A DNA stretch of 39,505 bases from a virus. Lineage: Duplodnaviria; Heunggongvirae; Uroviricota; Caudoviricetes. The notes beneath the pieces were generated by a model, which did no database searches, was not told where the DNA came from, and saw nothing but the letters and a program-made list of their open reading frames with translations. Positions 17,638 through 26,562 of the stretch are shown piece after piece. Both the position numbers and the translations under genes were made by a program. The number at the start of each line of letters is the position of its first letter. Positions within the stretch are counted from its first letter, which is position 1. The DNA lies in the IMG/VR virus record IMGVR_UViG_3300032257_000002, positions 64,001 to 103,505 of that record. One strand, given 5' to 3'.

Positions 17638-17901
17638 TTATATATAGAGTTCGGGATAGTTTTCAGGTGTATAGGATGTGATATTATTCTTATTAGGGTT
17701 GTAGATTGCGGTAAGATGCTTGCAGAATGTGGCACAATCACCATTGTATGGAAAATCTGCAAATAAAATGTTTTGTTGTTTAATCTTAATACTGTTAAGT
17801 ACAACACTTCCATACTTCTCTAAATGGTCTTTTTGGGCGGAGAAAAAAGCATAGTATGTACATAAATTTTTTGTAGGGTGGTAGTATATCATATAGGTCA
17901 T
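17638..17901 (-). CDS. Hypothetical protein, tag YPELYI
   Basis: AAGGA RBS before ATG 17901. Confidence 0.8.
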   Translation of the reverse strand: MTYMIYYHPTKNLCTYYAFFSAQKDHLEKYGSVVLNSIKIKQQNILFADFPYNGDCATFCKHLTAIYNPNKNNITSYTPENYPELYI

Positions 17902-17910
17902 AAGCATCCT

Positions 17911-18132
17911 TTAAATAAATAGTTCTGGGTATCGAGCTTGCGCATCAGTTAGTGATTTGCAGGTAAATAAGTAAGTAGTTAACACACTTTCTTTAGTAGC
18001 TGAAACAGGAAAGGCCTCCCCTTTTCGGATGTTTTCGAAAGCATTAGTAAGTGATATAGCAATTGTACACAGCTGTGCATCAGCAAAAGTAACTCGGTAT
18101 TTATTGGTGTCGGTGCGATATACTTTATACAT
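17911..18132 (-). CDS. Hypothetical protein, tag YPELFI
   Basis: ORF with RBS and terminal tag. Confidence 0.8.
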   Translation of the reverse strand: MYKVYRTDTNKYRVTFADAQLCTIAISLTNAFENIRKGEAFPVSATKESVLTTYLFTCKSLTDAQARYPELFI

Positions 18133-18155
18133 AGTGACCCTTTAATAGGTAAGTA

Positions 18156-18175
18156 GAGAAGCCCGAAGGCTGCTC
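18156..18175 (-). terminator. C(UUCG)G hairpin, candidate terminator or stabilising stem
   Basis: GAGCAGCC-TTCG-GGCTTCTC just after the phosphoesterase stop; weak U-tract. Confidence 0.5.
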
Positions 18176-18181
18176 AGTTAG

Positions 18182-18634
18182 CTATTGAGCGGACGTAGGG
18201 GATGTCGAGTTTCTGACTTGATACAGACTAACTGTATTGCGAGATATCTCTCCGTAGTCTTTGTGGAGTGTAATACATTTCATATCCTGTCCGGAACGAT
18301 ATCCGGAAGCATGATGCCATGCGTCTTTACCGGCAAGTGTACGAAAAGTCTCTACAACGCAGGAAGGATATTCTTTGACGGACTGATGGTGGATGTGTCC
18401 ACAATACCAGTAACGGTACTTAGTAGCGGACCAAAGATCACTGCAGTCAACTGCCATGATCTCACCTAGTTTGTCAGCCTTTGCAGTATGTCCGTGAGTG
18501 ATACCTATAAGGTTCTTGCCAAACTGATGATACATAAACATACCAGGTTCGTCATGTACTACTACACGAGGCTCGTTACGATACCATGCTTTGATAAACT
18601 GACTCATCATAATAGCGGAGTGATCATTGTGGTT
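18182..18634 (-). CDS. Calcineurin-like metallophosphoesterase, exon 2
   Basis: Starts NHND, completing the GNH motif; ITHGH and YCGHIHH. Confidence 0.85.
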   Translation of the reverse strand, partial: NHNDHSAIMMSQFIKAWYRNEPRVVVHDEPGMFMYHQFGKNLIGITHGHTAKADKLGEIMAVDCSDLWSATKYRYWYCGHIHHQSVKEYPSCVVETFRTLAGKDAWHHASGYRSGQDMKCITLHKDYGEISRNTVSLYQVRNSTSPTSAQ

Positions 18635-18662
18635 CAAATTGTTAACGTATAGGCTTTTTATC

Positions 18663-19238
18663 CTATACTTCTGCCGGTTTATTTCCCGATGTAAGATGGC
18701 GATAACAAAGAAATTCTAATAAGGACTTTTGGCCTTTAGATAAATTACATGAAGGGCAAGAGATTGCTAAATTAGCTAATTCATGTTTGCCGTTTTGGTT
18801 TAAAGGTTCTACATGGTCAACATGAAAATTCTTTGAACAGTTAACTCCACAGTACACACAAAGTTTAATCTCTGTAGTTACCCACGCTCGATATTCTGGT
18901 CCGTTAAGATCAGAATCTTGTTTCGCTCTGCGTCGTACTGTTTCATTGTTCTGTTTTAAAAATTTAATTTTATCTTTGTTTTCTTCTCTGTATTTTTTTC
19001 GTACTTCTCTACCACCGTTTTCAAGATACTGTTTATGGTATTTTGAGAGTTGTAATTTGTTTTCTTTACGGTACTCTTTGTGGTATTGTCGTAGTTTTTC
19101 CTTGTTTCGCTTTGCGTATTCTTTTTTTGCTATACTAATACAAGATTTGCAATGGGGATGAAACCCATCAGGTTTAGTCTTATCTTTATTGTACTCCGAA
19201 TACGGTTTTTCTATTTTACATTTTGTACAAGTTTTCAT
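18663..19238 (-). CDS. Intron-encoded HNH endonuclease with N-terminal Zn finger
   Basis: CTKC..CKSC; CVYCG..HVDHVEPL..GKHELANLAISCPSCN; AAGGA RBS before ATG 19238. Confidence 0.9.
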   Translation of the reverse strand: MKTCTKCKIEKPYSEYNKDKTKPDGFHPHCKSCISIAKKEYAKRNKEKLRQYHKEYRKENKLQLSKYHKQYLENGGREVRKKYREENKDKIKFLKQNNETVRRRAKQDSDLNGPEYRAWVTTEIKLCVYCGVNCSKNFHVDHVEPLNQNGKHELANLAISCPSCNLSKGQKSLLEFLCYRHLTSGNKPAEV

Positions 19239-19260
19239 AGTGTTCCTTACGGTTTTAGAA

Positions 19261-19283
19261 ATCATAACGAACATTTACTTAAA
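19261..19283 (-). promoter_or_regulatory. TTTAAG-N11-TATGAT promoter
   Basis: 23 nt upstream of ATG 19238. Confidence 0.65.
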
Positions 19284-19474
19284 CCTGTATAAAACAGTTC
19301 AGCATACGTTTTCACTATAAAATAGTGCCGAGGCCTCGTGGAAAGATTATATTCTCTGATAGAGGTTCACCTTCTATGCGTTGCCCCTGACTAGCTTATT
19401 ACAGCTAGCCTTCGGTTCAAATTCCCATCTCAGGGTTCTTGCTTTATTCCTCGGTTTTAAATCGGCAACTATTC

Positions 19475-20203
19475 ACCGATTGCGGATCGCCAATGAACTA
19501 CTTCGTGTTTCTGAAGAGCTAGGTCTATAAGTCGTGTAGTTAGCATTAGTCCTATTTCTAAGACTTTTGGATAGCGGCCGTCTACATCTAGTGATGCACC
19601 AGATCTAGCGGTCTTGTTGTCATAGTTATCGCTGTGATAGAAGTCACCAACATCTACGATGAATGCTTCTTTCGAAGCAGTAGACTGGGAGACTAGTAAG
19701 TCCATAGCTTGTATAAGATCACGTTGAGCGATCTCTAGATCATTGTCTTCACCTACTTCTCTATGCCAAGCCAGCATACCTATGTGTGCATCGCCTATAG
19801 TGTATACAGACATAGTGTCGTCTACTAGGCTAGCAGTTTTAGGTAGTGGGATGGGATCTTTGAGAGGTACGCGTTCTAATAGGCTGTCGATCGCTAGAGA
19901 AAAATCTTCTAGCAAGTTAGCCTTAGCAACATCGGTTTTTACCCATTGCTGCTTGATGGCGCCGTCAGCATCGTAGAGTGTTGAAGTACCCTTCAGAAAC
20001 TCACCGGGTGATACAGAATTCCCGCTGTTTAGTGGGAGTGTTCCTTTTTTTCGGAGAGTATTGAGTCGGGTCTCTATACGTTCAAGACGATGGCGGATGT
20101 TGGGATACAGTGATTTAAGCTTCTTCTTCACGGCTTTGGGATCTAGGTCACATTCAATAGCTATTTGTGAAAACTCCTGATCGGAGATATTAGGTTGGGA
20201 CAT
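19475..20203 (-). CDS. Calcineurin-like metallophosphoesterase, exon 1
   Basis: IGDAHIG, VGDFYH; ends SAIG before the intron. Confidence 0.85.
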
Positions 20204-20259
20204 CTAGATCCTTTTTAAAAAGGTAAATTTAGGGCTTATATGCTGGTGCAACGCCTAGC

Positions 20260-20655
20260 CTAGATGAAGTATTCAGGGTACTTAGCAGATATACGTTGCC
20301 AAGCTTCTGGATATTTGTCTCGGTGATACGTTGCGGTGTTAAATAACTCGATGTAAGCGTGATCTTCAGACATAAAAAACCCAAATGTCGGTAAATTATG
20401 TACGAACATTCTTATCTTTTTTAGCGCTACTCTAGGGTAACTCCTATAGATGTATGGGTTGTCACTTAAAAATACTTTCTCGCTGATAACACCGCCGTGA
20501 CGAATGTGGTAAGTAGTAACAGTTTTTAGAAGTTTATATTTCGGTACTATAGTAACTAGTGGACCACTAGGTAAGTCTAAAGATGGTCTGTATTCAGGCC
20601 AGATAGTTTTATCTAGTGAACCTAAATCTGTTTGTAAATGTTTGGCTATATACAT
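20260..20655 (-). CDS. Hypothetical protein, tag YPEYFI
   Basis: ORF with terminal tag. Confidence 0.78.
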   Translation of the reverse strand: MYIAKHLQTDLGSLDKTIWPEYRPSLDLPSGPLVTIVPKYKLLKTVTTYHIRHGGVISEKVFLSDNPYIYRSYPRVALKKIRMFVHNLPTFGFFMSEDHAYIELFNTATYHRDKYPEAWQRISAKYPEYFI

Positions 20656-21071
20656 AATTCAGGATGTTTGATTTTTAATGTATTCTGTACATCTATAGGA
20701 AGTTCGACAAACTCATAAGATTCAGTGTCTATATCAATAGACTCTGAGTAGTAACCATTAGATTCACCATGCCAACGAAGGTCTACGTAACCTTTTGCAG
20801 ATGCAAAGGTGTAGAAGGTCCACGTCTGTGAAGTATAGCTATCTACCATTTCTGGAGAATTGGAACGTTCTTCAGCTTTGATAAGTGGCGTATATAGAAG
20901 TTTGTCAGGAGAGCCTGTTAAACTTTCAAGGTACACAGACTCACAACAATCTTGTTCGTGGTAAAGTTTTACTTTGTAACCATTTGTAAGGTAAAATGTA
21001 AAATAGTCTTCTTCATTCGTTGCGATGTAGATAGGGATTTGCCCTACCAGAGCTTCGATGTTGTTAGTCAT
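20646..21071 (-). CDS. Conserved phage protein (HEQDCCESV / TWTFY / GESNGYYSE family), tag HPELCI
   Basis: Motifs recalled from a widespread phage hypothetical family. Confidence 0.8.
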   Translation of the reverse strand: MTNNIEALVGQIPIYIATNEEDYFTFYLTNGYKVKLYHEQDCCESVYLESLTGSPDKLLYTPLIKAEERSNSPEMVDSYTSQTWTFYTFASAKGYVDLRWHGESNGYYSESIDIDTESYEFVELPIDVQNTLKIKHPELCI

Positions 21072-21083
21072 GTGTATTCCTTG

Positions 21084-21767
21084 TTATTTAAATAGAGTTC
21101 CACCCTCTTTTTTAGCAGCAGCTTTTTTTGGTGTAGGAGTTTTTGAGCCACCAGATTTTTTAGCTTCATACCAAGTAGTAATGTCTTCTTCAGTAAGACC
21201 ATTTTTGTAAGTAATGTTTTTAGCATACTTCTCTGTTTCAAGAGCTAGACGTTTACCAATCTCAGTTTCGTTGACAATCTCTTCTGCAGATGCGCCGTCT
21301 TCACGGAAAAATGATTTGATAACCATACGCTTCTGGATTTCGCCTTTTTTGGCACCTTTTTCAGGAATATAGTATTCTTCTTGAAGGCGGATTTTAATAG
21401 CTAAATCTGAGAAGTTGGTGATAACTGCGAACTCTTGTTCTTTGTTGTCTTTACCAACAGCGTGAGTTTCGTTTTCGATTTCGAAGTCGTCTCCGTCAGT
21501 CATACCCGCAATGATAGCAAGTTTGTTGATCAGTGCTGCACCGATTTCGTTAGTATCTCCGTTAGTGTTAGTAACGTAAGGTCCGTAGATAGTTTGGCTG
21601 TTTCCGTTATAATCTAGGTTGAAGTTTACAGATTCAGCACCGTTAGTTGATACATCAAGAGATGCAAATGTGATTGTTGTATCATAGATTCCAGATGAAC
21701 CGATGAATGATGCTCCACCGCCAGATTCTTTGACGGCTTCAGGGTTTGTTGTGACTTTGAATTTCAT
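21084..21767 (-). CDS. ssb: Single-stranded DNA-binding protein (N4 gp45-like)
   Basis: SGIYDTTI..A..GAESV.F OB-like pattern; lies downstream of the Sak4-like ATPase; basic tail. Confidence 0.6.
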   Translation of the reverse strand: MKFKVTTNPEAVKESGGGASFIGSSGIYDTTITFASLDVSTNGAESVNFNLDYNGNSQTIYGPYVTNTNGDTNEIGAALINKLAIIAGMTDGDDFEIENETHAVGKDNKEQEFAVITNFSDLAIKIRLQEEYYIPEKGAKKGEIQKRMVIKSFFREDGASAEEIVNETEIGKRLALETEKYAKNITYKNGLTEEDITTWYEAKKSGGSKTPTPKKAAAKKEGGTLFK

Positions 21768-21824
21768 GTTTTTTCCTTTTAGGTGGGTTTAGTAGATATT
21801 GTTAGTTCGGGATTTCGCCCATAG

Positions 21825-22049
21825 TTAGATGAATAGTTCTGGATATTTAAGTTTTAATTCTTCAATGTTATCACCTTTATCCACTATCCATTCAGATGGT
21901 AGACTATACTCACAAGTAATAGTCTGATCGTAACCTTCAGTTAGTGCTGTGTAAGTGTAAGAGTTATCAATAGAATTACCAGTAATCTTACCGAACCAGC
22001 TAGTATTTTTATGATGTATAAGTACAATGGTATCATTTAGCAATTTCAT
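21825..22049 (-). CDS. Hypothetical protein, tag YPELFI
   Basis: AAGGA RBS, terminal tag. Confidence 0.8.
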   Translation of the reverse strand: MKLLNDTIVLIHHKNTSWFGKITGNSIDNSYTYTALTEGYDQTITCEYSLPSEWIVDKGDNIEELKLKYPELFI

Positions 22050-22057
22050 AAAGTTCC

Positions 22058-22321
22058 TTAAATAAAGAGTTCAGGGTAGTTGTTTTTAAAGAACGTTTTC
22101 GTATCTTTATAATCAACATCTTTTAGAATACCTGTTTTTACAAGTTTTCTAAATTGTTGTACGATTTTATAGTTCGGGAGTTCTAGATAATCTAGGTCTC
22201 CGAACATCTTTGAGAATTTGCGGAGTACTGAAAATTCCTTGTTAAAAAGAAATAGTACTTCGCCGGTAGGGTTATTCACACAAAAGTGTGTACCTTTCTC
22301 TTTGTTTTTAAATACCAGCAT
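22058..22321 (-). CDS. Hypothetical protein, tag YPELFI
   Basis: TAATG-coupled, terminal tag. Confidence 0.8.
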   Translation of the reverse strand: MLVFKNKEKGTHFCVNNPTGEVLFLFNKEFSVLRKFSKMFGDLDYLELPNYKIVQQFRKLVKTGILKDVDYKDTKTFFKNNYPELFI

Positions 22322-22989
22322 TACAAAACGAATTCTTCTGATTCAAACTTGATTGCTGCTAGTTTATCTAGATGTTCTTGTAAATCGTACTCTTCGATAT
22401 TAACTGCTGTAGGTAAGTCTTCTAGAGTAGAACGAGCAGGATATTTAAGTCCAGAAGTATGTACCACCAGTTTATTTGATTTCTTTTCAATGAAAATTGC
22501 ATCATTAACTACAGAAAGCCATGATCCAGCTTTAGCGAACGATCCTGTAGCAGGTATGATATGACGAGCTGTTGCTTCATCGTATGATGTGTGAGCAACT
22601 ACTATTACGTTAATTTCAGATGGTATTAGTGTTTTTTCGATAAATTCATTAAAAGCCAGTGTATCACGGTTATTATTAGTGTGAACATCAAAACCTTTAT
22701 ATTTATCAGCGTTATACTTTTGCATAGATGAGTACATTTGTGTTACTGTGTCGAATACTACAGTAGCTGGATAACGGTTGAACTTGTCTTTGTAAGCAGT
22801 AATTTTTTCACCTACAGTTGACAGGAGTGCTTCCATACCTTCGTATTCTTTGATGTTAGCGTGTGGAATTTTAAATCCATATTCTTTGTGGTCCATATTT
22901 ATGACTAATACGTCTTTGAGTTTTGAAGTTATGGTTGATTTACCGCTTGATTCAAAAGCAGAGACTAAAAGTTTAATTGCGTGTGCCAT
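22321..22989 (-). CDS. Sak4-like / AAA_24 ATPase (recombinase-type)
   Basis: AFESSGKST, VVFDTVT, IVVAH. Confidence 0.8.
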   Translation of the reverse strand: MAHAIKLLVSAFESSGKSTITSKLKDVLVINMDHKEYGFKIPHANIKEYEGMEALLSTVGEKITAYKDKFNRYPATVVFDTVTQMYSSMQKYNADKYKGFDVHTNNNRDTLAFNEFIEKTLIPSEINVIVVAHTSYDEATARHIIPATGSFAKAGSWLSVVNDAIFIEKKSNKLVVHTSGLKYPARSTLEDLPTAVNIEEYDLQEHLDKLAAIKFESEEFVL

Positions 22990-23003
22990 GTTTTTCCTTT
23001 ATG

Positions 23004-23618
23004 TTAAGTTGAATATTTCCAGGTATACGTACCTGCTTTGTTTTGTTTTCCGTTGCAGACTTTTACTATACCTGAATAATGTATTTTAGCCCATTGGGCC
23101 GCCTCACTTATGGAACCAAAAATAGTTCCAGTCTCAATACAACAGACTTTTTTCGCTTTAGGGCTATTACTACCTAAATTGAGTAGTCGTAATTTATGTT
23201 TTGTACTTGCCGAGACTATAGCTCCTGATCGTAATTTCCTTTGCTTTTCCTTGCTTTCAGGAGTATTACGTGAAAGTTTGTTTGCTTTACCTATTCTAGC
23301 CTTATGTTGAGTAGTCATAGGTATACCACTACGATCAAATTTTGTTGAGGATTGTTTTGCTTGATTAAAAAAAGCTGTATTAACTCCTACATTAAATAAT
23401 TCGTGTAGGTAAACTTCGTGCATCAGTGCATCATGACGGTTACTAAATACTTTCAGTATCGTTTTTGTGCACTTTGCTAGATACTCTTTTGTTACAGCTT
23501 TAGATGACGACATGTACTTAGTATCCTTATGCGGGAGTACACTTGATCCTCGTGAACCAATGTAACTACGATTATCCGCGTAGCTATGCAGTATATAAGT
23601 GTAGTAGTATTTTTTCAT
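23004..23618 (-). CDS. Free-standing GIY-YIG homing endonuclease with NUMOD repeats
   Basis: YTYILH..NRSYIGSR, A.MHE, FFN; KKVCCIETGTIFGSISEAA (NUMOD1-like). Confidence 0.85.
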   Translation of the reverse strand: MKKYYYTYILHSYADNRSYIGSRGSSVLPHKDTKYMSSSKAVTKEYLAKCTKTILKVFSNRHDALMHEVYLHELFNVGVNTAFFNQAKQSSTKFDRSGIPMTTQHKARIGKANKLSRNTPESKEKQRKLRSGAIVSASTKHKLRLLNLGSNSPKAKKVCCIETGTIFGSISEAAQWAKIHYSGIVKVCNGKQNKAGTYTWKYST

Positions 23619-23635
23619 TATTATCCTTTACGTAT

Positions 23636-23658
23636 ATTATACTGCTATGTAGCTTAAT
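23636..23658 (-). promoter_or_regulatory. ATTAAG-N11-TATAAT promoter
   Basis: 18 nt upstream of ATG 23618; TTGCAA also lies 16 nt before the -10 element. Confidence 0.7.
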
Positions 23659-23732
23659 TGCAACTTAGGTACTTTTTACGGTTATGGGCGTAATAATGTA
23701 AGTTTGAGGATACTTGCGGTTCCTAAGCCGGG

Positions 23733-23984
23733 TTAAATGAAGAGTTCGGGGTAGCTATCAAAGTCTAAAGAAGGTATAGATATAATATAAATACATGTAT
23801 CATTATCTGGTAATTCATTTTGTATATAAGAAGGGCTAAGAGTAGCAGGTGTTATCTTAGTAATTTCTGTAAAATCACGTAAATTGTTACTGTAATATCC
23901 TTGTGTTTCGTTTAAATGTAACCAACCTTCATCTTCTTTATATATAGTGTATTTACCATTACTAAGCTGTAGAATATGGTACAT
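23733..23984 (-). CDS. Hypothetical protein, tag YPELFI
   Basis: TAATG-coupled, terminal tag. Confidence 0.8.
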   Translation of the reverse strand: MYHILQLSNGKYTIYKEDEGWLHLNETQGYYSNNLRDFTEITKITPATLSPSYIQNELPDNDTCIYIISIPSLDFDSYPELFI

Positions 23985-24256
23985 TAGATAAACAGCTCAG
24001 GGTAAGTTTTTTGTAGATGCTCTGATTCTGTATTTACAATAAGACAGTCTTCAGGATCTTTATATTCTACTCTGCTGTGTTCAGAAAAATTAAAGGACAT
24101 CTTATCTTTGTAAAACGGCATTAGTGTCCGTACTTTAACTTTCTTAGGTGAAAGGGCTAAGACTTTTCCGTAAGTCAGTACGGTACTGGTATTCATAACG
24201 TATTTGCAAGCTACCAAATCGTTAATTTTAATCGGTCGTTTCCACATATCAGTCAT
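23984..24256 (-). CDS. SH3/KOW-like small protein, tag YPELFI
   Basis: DMWKRPIKINDLVA..GKV....KKVKV pattern. Confidence 0.75.
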   Translation of the reverse strand: MTDMWKRPIKINDLVACKYVMNTSTVLTYGKVLALSPKKVKVRTLMPFYKDKMSFNFSEHSRVEYKDPEDCLIVNTESEHLQKTYPELFI

Positions 24257-24264
24257 AATAATTC

Positions 24265-24531
24265 TTAAATAAAAAGTTCGGGGTGTAGTTGTTTGAAAGG
24301 TGCAACAGAAACTAGTTCATGCTTACCTCGCCATATAGATGCTTTTCGGCCATTCTCTGTACGTATAAGTGCAGCAGGTGCTCCACTATATATATGTCTA
24401 TTAGATTTTTCCCAGTAAGTCTCATCTATTTCAATAATAGTACCTCTGCTGATATCGGTATTGCTTTGGCTGCCTGTAGTGTATAGAATTTCATCTCCAA
24501 CATTTAGTGGGAGTCCAAATAAGTCAATCAT
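24265..24531 (-). CDS. SH3/KOW-like small protein, tag HPELFI
   Basis: DLFGLPLNVGDEILY..GTI pattern. Confidence 0.75.
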   Translation of the reverse strand: MIDLFGLPLNVGDEILYTTGSQSNTDISRGTIIEIDETYWEKSNRHIYSGAPAALIRTENGRKASIWRGKHELVSVAPFKQLHPELFI

Positions 24532-24540
24532 GTGTTTCCT

Positions 24541-24867
24541 TTAGATAAAAAATTCTGGGTAATTTAATGGTAGTTGCTGTTTTTCGAGCTCAGCTGCTTC
24601 GATGAATTCGTAAGGTACGATTAACATTTCAGGAGCATAGCGATAAAGTTTTGTATCCGTAGTTCTTGTCGTATATGTATAACGAGTAAAAGATTCGTAA
24701 GTTTTGACTGTAATACGTTTTCTGTTGATTCGTGTTACAGTGGCGAATGTATCTGTATTCTGTGAACCGTATCCTCGTACCAATACAGTTTGACCTAGTT
24801 TGATAGGTCGACAAAGTATGTCTACATGTAAACCTTTATGGTATAAGTCCCATGGTTGTAAGTTCAT
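24541..24867 (-). CDS. SH3/KOW-like small protein, tag YPEFFI
   Basis: DILCRPIKLGQTVL..ATV....KRITV pattern. Confidence 0.75.
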   Translation of the reverse strand: MNLQPWDLYHKGLHVDILCRPIKLGQTVLVRGYGSQNTDTFATVTRINRKRITVKTYESFTRYTYTTRTTDTKLYRYAPEMLIVPYEFIEAAELEKQQLPLNYPEFFI

Positions 24868-24877
24868 ATGTTATCCT

Positions 24878-25231
24878 TTAAATTAATAGTTCTGGTCTGG
24901 TTGTGGCTAGGTCCCCAAGTAATGAAGGGTCAAATGATGGGTAAATTAGTTCTGCTTGGCCGCCTGAATGGTGTCCATTCCAGTAGTATTCTACCCAACG
25001 ATCTTCACTATCCTCTCCTACGCCATATAAATGAAAGACAAGTTCTGGGTGGTTTACTGATAATTTTAATATATGATCATCAAAGTTATACCATTTTGCG
25101 TCACATAAATAGTATGTATTATCTTTGTAAAATTCCCAATTATAGTCAGTAATAGCATCTAACTCTTTGTTTAGTAACTGGGTATCAAATGTGCCTTGTA
25201 TCTCAAGTGTGTAGTCTGTTATGTATCCCAT
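24878..25231 (-). CDS. Conserved phage protein (MGY.TDY / KWY / G.GEDSED.W family), tag RPELLI
   Basis: Recalled family motifs; terminal tag. Confidence 0.8.
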   Translation of the reverse strand: MGYITDYTLEIQGTFDTQLLNKELDAITDYNWEFYKDNTYYLCDAKWYNFDDHILKLSVNHPELVFHLYGVGEDSEDRWVEYYWNGHHSGGQAELIYPSFDPSLLGDLATTRPELLI

Positions 25232-25240
25232 GATAGTCCT

Positions 25241-25738
25241 TTAAATCAGTAGTTCAGGGTAGTTTGCGGTAAGAAATTTTTGTAAGTCTTTTGGTAGCAC
25301 AGAAATCGATTCTTGATAACGGAAGTGATCATATAGAGATGTATAAGTATCTACACGATATTCTTTTTTGCTGACTTTTTTCTGAGTCTTAGAGAAAGCC
25401 GCCATTATCGGAATAGCCTGTTCTGAAGCTTTAAATTCTTTATAGCTTTGTACTGAAATCTGATAGTGTAGATTATTAAGATTAAATGTTATTGATTTTA
25501 GTACATTTGAGTAACCTTTACGGTTTTCTTTAAACGCTAGGTTTAAACTAGTTAGTATTGTTTTAATAGTAGTAACATCAAATTCTCGGATCAGTAAATC
25601 AACATCCGAAGATTTTTTAGCACCTCCCCATAAACGGGAGCCAAAAAGTATTACATACGGTTCTAGTTCGGTAGGTACATAGTTTTCTGTATCAGGTAAT
25701 TTAACAGGAAAAAGTTTCTGGTATAAGTATTTTAACAT
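25241..25738 (-). CDS. Minimal Pol-beta-family nucleotidyltransferase, tag YPELLI
   Basis: ILFGSRLWG....SDVDLLI (GS..DxD motif). Confidence 0.7.
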   Translation of the reverse strand: MLKYLYQKLFPVKLPDTENYVPTELEPYVILFGSRLWGGAKKSSDVDLLIREFDVTTIKTILTSLNLAFKENRKGYSNVLKSITFNLNNLHYQISVQSYKEFKASEQAIPIMAAFSKTQKKVSKKEYRVDTYTSLYDHFRYQESISVLPKDLQKFLTANYPELLI

Positions 25739-25764
25739 GGATATCTCCTATAGATTCTTTAAAA

Positions 25765-26553
25765 TTATTTAAAAAGCTTTGGCTTATCTTTAAGTTTAAG
25801 ACGGATATCTTGAGCTAAAGCCCAACGTAAGTCGGGGTTCTCATCCCACAGTTTCACAGAGTGGGCTATAGTCATAAGTTGAGACTCAATCTTATCAAAG
25901 TGTTCTTGAGTGAACGGTTCCTTGAATTCGAAATGTCGGCAAGGTAACGTTTTTGTAGGACGTACGATGTATTGAAGTTCAATCTGTGATACAGGTTTCC
26001 CTAGCTTGGTTAAAATGTATGCGTAGACATGAGCTTGCATACGGTAAGCATAGGATATACCTGTAGGTTTTTGACCTGCAGTTTTGTAATCCCGTACTGA
26101 GTATGTCCCATTACCTAATGGTAATAAGGCGTCATAAGTTCCTGCTGTGTAAATACCTGGTAGTAACTTCCAGTGTATGAATTGTTCTGTGGAGTCAAAC
26201 GTACGGCCAGATACACAAGCATCGATGAGAGTGGTAGACATATCCTTCCAAAGCGTATCAATGTCTGCACGATCGTAGTCTATAGTTTGCTTTGTAAGGT
26301 AGTCATTAACTAGTTCTGATGAACTACCGGGGGACTCTTTTTTAGCGGCACAATCTGCGAAGTGATGAACGATGTTACCTAGCAGCGTACTAGTAGAACC
26401 TTCGAAACCGGATTCACCTAGCTTTGTCTCTCCCCACCATTGGCGAGGTGTAGCAAAAAATTTTGAAACACCTGAAGGTGAAATACGTGTAAAGTCGGAA
26501 GAGCCGTGGTCTGCTGATAGTTGGTCACTGCCGTCGTAGTAGTCTTGAATCAT
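25765..26553 (-). CDS. PD-(D/E)XK exonuclease (RecB/Cas4-like)
   Basis: ISPSG, GNIVH, GTYD..VRDYKT..QAHVY. Confidence 0.82.
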   Translation of the reverse strand: MIQDYYDGSDQLSADHGSSDFTRISPSGVSKFFATPRQWWGETKLGESGFEGSTSTLLGNIVHHFADCAAKKESPGSSSELVNDYLTKQTIDYDRADIDTLWKDMSTTLIDACVSGRTFDSTEQFIHWKLLPGIYTAGTYDALLPLGNGTYSVRDYKTAGQKPTGISYAYRMQAHVYAYILTKLGKPVSQIELQYIVRPTKTLPCRHFEFKEPFTQEHFDKIESQLMTIAHSVKLWDENPDLRWALAQDIRLKLKDKPKLFK

Positions 26554-26562
26554 GGTAAGCCT

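Larger units (their letters stand above)
18635..19474 (-). mobile_element. Group I intron (840 nt) in the metallophosphoesterase gene, encoding an HNH endonuclease
   Basis: P1 AUCGGU|.../GCCGAU with U.G at the splice site; P3 CCGAGG/CCUCGG; P7 GCAUA/UAUGC; terminal G at 18635. Confidence 0.88.

Noticed and set aside
17628-17813. ORF-track N-terminal extensions (also 27671-27756, 26839-26868, 10399-10497, 19239-19274)
   Set aside because: They overlap upstream genes or intron core; downstream ATGs have RBS or ATGA coupling (GTG 10398 is only the more plausible of two weak starts)
21795-21822. tRNA-like GTTCG / GAAA hairpin upstream of ssb
   Set aside because: Only a 3-bp stem and no cloverleaf; no tRNA found anywhere in the window
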